Shown: one piece after another, positions 22,229-24,000 of the stretch
How the letters are laid out: the number at the start of each line of letters is the position of its first letter
Position numbering within the stretch: the first letter of the stretch is position 1
Assembly (NCBI GenBank): GCA_028706315.1
Contig: JAQWBP010000018.1
Span: 1 to 24,000 of the forward strand
Direction of reading: 5' to 3'
Length of the DNA stretch: 24,000 nucleotides
DNA from: Syntrophomonadaceae bacterium
GTDB lineage: Bacteria > Bacillota > Syntrophomonadia > Syntrophomonadales > Syntrophomonadaceae
Made by a program: the position numbers and the translations under genes
Notes under the pieces: model-generated
The model's input: only the letters and a program-made list of their open reading frames with translations
Told to the model about the DNA's origin: nothing
Database searches by the model: none

Positions 22229-23901
22229 ATTATTGGTATCCCGATACCCAAAAGCCATCATTAGATAGAATTAATTTAGAAATTCCCGAGGGGCAGTTTG
22301 TTCTAGTAGTAGGGGGTTCCGGTAGTGGCAAGTCGACTTTGGTTCGTGCTATAGCTGGCTTGATTCCTGAATTTTATGGTGGCACTTATGGAGGAAAGGT
22401 TTATATAGATGATAATGAAGTCAAAGCAATTGATCGGCGTAGTCTGATTCAAGAGGTAGGAATGGTTTTTCAGAATCCGGAGAGCCAGTTGGTAATGACT
22501 AATGTAGAACAAGAGATAGCTTTTGGTTTGGAAAACCTAGGTTTACCTAACGGACTTATGAAACGCAGGGTGATGGAGGTTACCAGTGCTCTAGGCTTAT
22601 CAGATTACTTACATAGTTTTATTCCGGAATTATCAGGAGGACAAAAACAGAAAGTAGCTCTAGCTTCAGTTTTGGCCATGCAGCCGAATATACTTTTATT
22701 GGATGAACCTACTTCCCAGTTGGATCCTATTGCTGGTGAAGATATTTTAAACATGATAAGACGATTGAATGAGGAAAATGGTATTACGGTGGTTCTAATT
22801 GAGCAGCGTTTGGAAAGGTGTTTTCATCTGGCTGACAGGATACTAGTTATGGATAAAGGACAGATTGTTTATGACCATCATGCCCCGGAGGCGATAGCTC
22901 ACTGGGCAGTGAAAACCACTACTCCTTTTATACCCCCGCTGGTCCAATTGTTTGCCAGTATAGGATATCCGGAAATACCGGTAACAGTTAAGCAGGGAAG
23001 GCGTATTCTTAAATCCTATTATCTACCTAGCAATTTAAATGCACAAAGGTCAGTTACTTTAGCAAAAAAATCAGAAGTTATGGAAGTAAGCCGAGAAGAA
23101 TGCTTAGTGGATATTAAGAATCTCTGGTTTACTTACTCCAATGGTGAAGAAGTTCTAAAGAATATAAATCTTAAAATTAAGCCAGACGATTTTATGGTGT
23201 TAATGGGGGAAAATGGGGCTGGGAAAACCACTCTCATGAGAAATATAAACGGCTTGCTTAAACCTAGCAGAGGAAAGGTTAATGTTTTAGAAAAAGAGAC
23301 TAAAAATTTATCCGTAGAAGAACTTGCATCTGATGTTGCTTATCTATCCCAAGATCCTAATGATTACTTGTTCCTGCCTACTGTTCAAGAAGAACTTACT
23401 TTTACGTTAAATAACCTGGGTCTTGCAGATGACGGAATTAGTCAAGAAATTATGACCCAGCTAAAGCTAACTCCTCATGCAGAAGTAAATCCCCGGGATT
23501 TAAGCACCGGGGAACGCCAGAGAGTAGCCCTAGCTTCCGTTCTGGTAACCAGACCCAAATTACTATTACTGGACGAACCTACTCGCGGACTGGATTACCT
23601 TTTAAAAGATGAACTTGGGAAAATCCTGTTGCAGTTTCAGGCAGAAGGAACTGCCATTCTCATTATTACCCATGATGTGGAATTTGCTGCTGAATATGCT
23701 GAAAAGATTGTATTGATGGCTGACGGGACTATAATTGCTCAAGGAAACAAATATGAGATGCTTACCAACTCTACGTTTTATTCACCCCAGATTAGTAAGT
23801 TGTTCAATAATATAGCCGATGGCGTAGTAACAATTGATCAAGGTAAAGAGGTATTAAGGAAGATAATGGAATTCAATAAAAATGAAGTTCTTTCCGTTTA
23901 G
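22201..23901 (+). CDS. Fused tandem ABC ATPase of an ECF transporter (EcfA-EcfA', CbiO-like)
   Basis: Two complete nucleotide-binding domains. Walker A: GGSGSGKST and GENGAGKTT. Signature: LSGGQKQKV and LSTGERQRV. Walker B: LLLDEPTS and LLLDEPTRG. ATG at 22201 follows GGGGGTGG and overlaps the T-component gene by 28 nt. Confidence 0.95.
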   Translation: MSVIKIKDLNYWYPDTQKPSLDRINLEIPEGQFVLVVGGSGSGKSTLVRAIAGLIPEFYGGTYGGKVYIDDNEVKAIDRRSLIQEVGMVFQNPESQLVMTNVEQEIAFGLENLGLPNGLMKRRVMEVTSALGLSDYLHSFIPELSGGQKQKVALASVLAMQPNILLLDEPTSQLDPIAGEDILNMIRRLNEENGITVVLIEQRLERCFHLADRILVMDKGQIVYDHHAPEAIAHWAVKTTTPFIPPLVQLFASIGYPEIPVTVKQGRRILKSYYLPSNLNAQRSVTLAKKSEVMEVSREECLVDIKNLWFTYSNGEEVLKNINLKIKPDDFMVLMGENGAGKTTLMRNINGLLKPSRGKVNVLEKETKNLSVEELASDVAYLSQDPNDYLFLPTVQEELTFTLNNLGLADDGISQEIMTQLKLTPHAEVNPRDLSTGERQRVALASVLVTRPKLLLLDEPTRGLDYLLKDELGKILLQFQAEGTAILIITHDVEFAAEYAEKIVLMADGTIIAQGNKYEMLTNSTFYSPQISKLFNNIADGVVTIDQGKEVLRKIMEFNKNEVLSV

Positions 23902-23971
23902 TTTACATATCAATAGAAGATTTAGAGGAGGAATAATAGCGGAAAGTATCTGATCAATGAGGGATGTCTAA

Positions 23972-24000
23972 ATGAAAAGCAATTTTCTTACGGTTATTAT
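23972..24000 (+). CDS. Start of a further co-directional gene, truncated by the window edge (possibly a membrane protein)
   Basis: ATG at 23972 lies 7 nt after GAGGGA and encodes MKSNFLTVI... Only 9 codons are visible, so this is speculative. Confidence 0.3.

Noticed and set aside
1-24000. Search for CRISPR arrays, tRNA/rRNA genes, transposases, integrases or long terminal inverted repeats
   Set aside because: I saw none. The only regularly spaced repeats are the TGTTG-N8-CAACA sites and the 12-bp coding repeat, and no ORF has recombinase or transposase motifs.

Overview
All credible genes in this 24-kb window are on the + strand. The AT-rich sequence, GGAGG-type ribosome binding sites, frequent GTG/TTG starts, SLH domains and a sigma-54 activator suggest the chromosome of an anaerobic Firmicute (Clostridia-like). 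This is inference, and every domain call was made by eye from motifs, with no searches run.

Gene order:
1. 3' tail of an RbgA/YlqF-like GTPase.
2. A DtxR/MntR-family regulator fused to a FeoA domain.
3. A feo operon (small Cys-rich membrane protein, feoA, feoB). It sits behind a perfect Fur box and two DtxR-like palindromes.
4. A YeeE/YedE-family permease with a TusA-like partner.
5. A CapA-family metallophosphoesterase.
6. A CBS-PAS-PAS-AAA+-HTH sigma-54 activator.
7. A 650-bp control region. It holds five TGTTG-N8-CAACA sites (two form a perfect 42-bp palindrome), a near-consensus -24/-12 promoter and a terminator-like leader hairpin.
8. A B12-dependent acyl-CoA mutase cluster: CobO-type adenosyltransferase, large subunit with an ICM-type Phe/Gln signature, B12-binding small subunit and MeaB. 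A crotonase and a divergent MtnA/eIF-2B-like protein follow.
9. Three small orphan ORFs.
10. A cobalamin riboswitch with an 18-bp terminator.
11. An operon encoding a 1021-aa SLH-anchored protein (alpha/alpha-toroid repeats plus two DUF4430/transcobalamin-like domains), a DUF4430 lipoprotein, an ECF T component, a fused double ATPase and the start of one more gene.

The most interesting candidates are the riboswitch-gated surface corrinoid-capture/ECF locus and the sigma-54/EBP-controlled mutase operon with its elaborate upstream architecture. I saw no rRNA, tRNA, CRISPR array, transposase or integrase.
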